Source of the DNA: a virus
Lineage: Duplodnaviria; Caudoviricetes
Length of the DNA: 64,000 nucleotides
Reading direction: 5' to 3' (one strand)
IMG/VR virus record: IMGVR_UViG_2936072512_000001
Location: 15,611-79,610 of that record
Translations under genes and position numbers: made by a program
Notes under the pieces: model-generated
What the model was told of the DNA's origin: nothing
The model's database searches: none
The model's input: the letters and a program-made list of their open reading frames with translations, nothing else
Shown here: one piece after another, positions 63,125 to 64,000 of the stretch
Layout of the letters: each line of letters starts with the position of its first letter
Numbering within the stretch: position 1 is the stretch's first letter

Positions 63125-64000
63125 CCGGCCCCGGTACGGGCTGCGCCTGGTCGCCTACGCCCCGAATGGCGCACGGCTCGGCCTGCTGCCCGGCCACCTC
63201 GGGTTCGACGCAGGCCTGCCGCTCAACGACGTGCCGTCGCTGCAGCTGTCCTACTCCGGCAACGCGCTCGGCGCTGACCGGCTGGCGCAGCACTGCGAGA
63301 TCGCGGTCGAGTACGCCGTCGACGGCACCTCGTGGACCGAGCCGCTGAACGGCCGGTTCCTGCGCATCAAGCGGTCCGGCGACTCCATCGACCGGGCCAA
63401 GTCGCGCTCCTACGACTGCCCCGGGTGGGCGTGGCAGCTGCGCAAGCTGCTGCTCTACCCCAACGCGTTCATGGTCGACGGCAGGCGCCGGTTCGAGACC
63501 GCGTCCCCGGGCGACATCCTGACCGCGTTCGTCGACGAAGCCCAAGGCCGCGGCACACTGCCCGGCCTCGCGGTCGACTTCACCGACTCCCACGACTCTT
63601 CCGGCCAGCCGTGGCAGGCCGAGCTGACCATCGGCGTCGAGCCCGGCACCGACCTGCTCGCCATGCTGATCAACCTGGCCGACCAGGGCGTGTGCGACTG
63701 GGCGATGCAGGGCCGCACCCTGCGCGTCTGGAACGAGGGCACCGCGCTGGCCCGCCAGCTGTCGGCCGGGGCCGCGCCGGTCGAGCTGCGGCTGGGCCGC
63801 GACATCGACCAGGCCCCCGACGACGCCACCCTGGAAGACGCCGCCTCCTCCATCTTGGTGATGGGGGAGGAGTCGCTGAACGTCGAGGTGACCAACCCGT
63901 CCGCCGTGATGCCGTGGGGCCGGTGGGAGGCCGCCCAGTCCCAGGGCGGCGTCGCCGACGAAGGCACCGCCCGCTTCCTGGCGCAGATCGCGCTGGAGCG
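63102..64000 (+). CDS. Tail tip / Tal-hub protein 2 (partial, paralog of 60230)
   Basis: GGAGGAGG RBS, ATG at 63102; open to the window end; LRLVAYAPNG, PLNDVP, MLINLADQGV, LRLGRD, PWGRWE. Confidence 0.85.
   Translation, partial: MQVIIPPDRPRYGLRLVAYAPNGARLGLLPGHLGFDAGLPLNDVPSLQLSYSGNALGADRLAQHCEIAVEYAVDGTSWTEPLNGRFLRIKRSGDSIDRAKSRSYDCPGWAWQLRKLLLYPNAFMVDGRRRFETASPGDILTAFVDEAQGRGTLPGLAVDFTDSHDSSGQPWQAELTIGVEPGTDLLAMLINLADQGVCDWAMQGRTLRVWNEGTALARQLSAGAAPVELRLGRDIDQAPDDATLEDAASSILVMGEESLNVEVTNPSAVMPWGRWEAAQSQGGVADEGTARFLAQIALE

Larger units (their letters stand above)
1..64000 (+). mobile_element. Prophage (temperate siphovirus-like, actinobacterial); extends beyond both window edges
   Basis: Canonical order repressor / early recombination genes / TerS-TerL / portal / scaffold / capsid / head-tail / tail tube / chaperones / tape measure / Dit / Tal. 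Many ATGA/GTGA-coupled small ORFs. Confidence 0.95.

Noticed and set aside
57431-64000. DGR or invertase-based tail-fibre switching
   Set aside because: No reverse transcriptase, recombinase, adenine-variable repeat pair or flanking inverted sites were seen in the window.
1-64000. Integrase, att sites, lysis genes, tRNA
   Set aside because: None recognised; integrase and lysis genes probably lie outside the window.

Overview
High-GC (about 70% by eye) actinobacterial DNA, most likely from a filamentous actinomycete (inference). The window is almost entirely one temperate siphovirus-type prophage running mainly on the + strand. Left to right: a regulatory/immunity end (GntR-type gene tail, TrmB/LuxR-type regulator, leftward HTH repressor), then a long early operon (YqaJ exonuclease + RecT/Bet, SPFH lipoprotein, Rnl2-like RNA ligase, RusA, WhiB, SLOG protein). 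A mosaic middle region follows (collagen-like surface protein, C5 and N6 DNA methyltransferases, many reverse-strand morons), then ParB-like, TerS, TerL, a five-gene insert containing a sulfotransferase, portal, a minor capsid protein fused to a kinase-like domain, scaffold, capsid, head-tail genes, tail tube and tail chaperones. The tail module holds two tandem tape-measure-like genes and two paralogous tail-tip (Tal/hub) genes, the second cut by the window end. No integrase, lysis cassette, tRNA, rRNA or CRISPR array was seen. The most unusual points are: the doubled tape-measure and tail-tip genes; a MuF-type kinase toxin with a putative immunity gene; a palindrome TAGCGG-NN-CCGCTA recurring at gene junctions; paralogous beta-rich proteins sharing a C-terminal RAAxHRAxxW tag in the head and tail regions; a nested alternative-frame ORF in the C5 methyltransferase; and a type I toxin-antitoxin-like locus. 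All calls come from motif recognition and gene order by eye; no searches were run.
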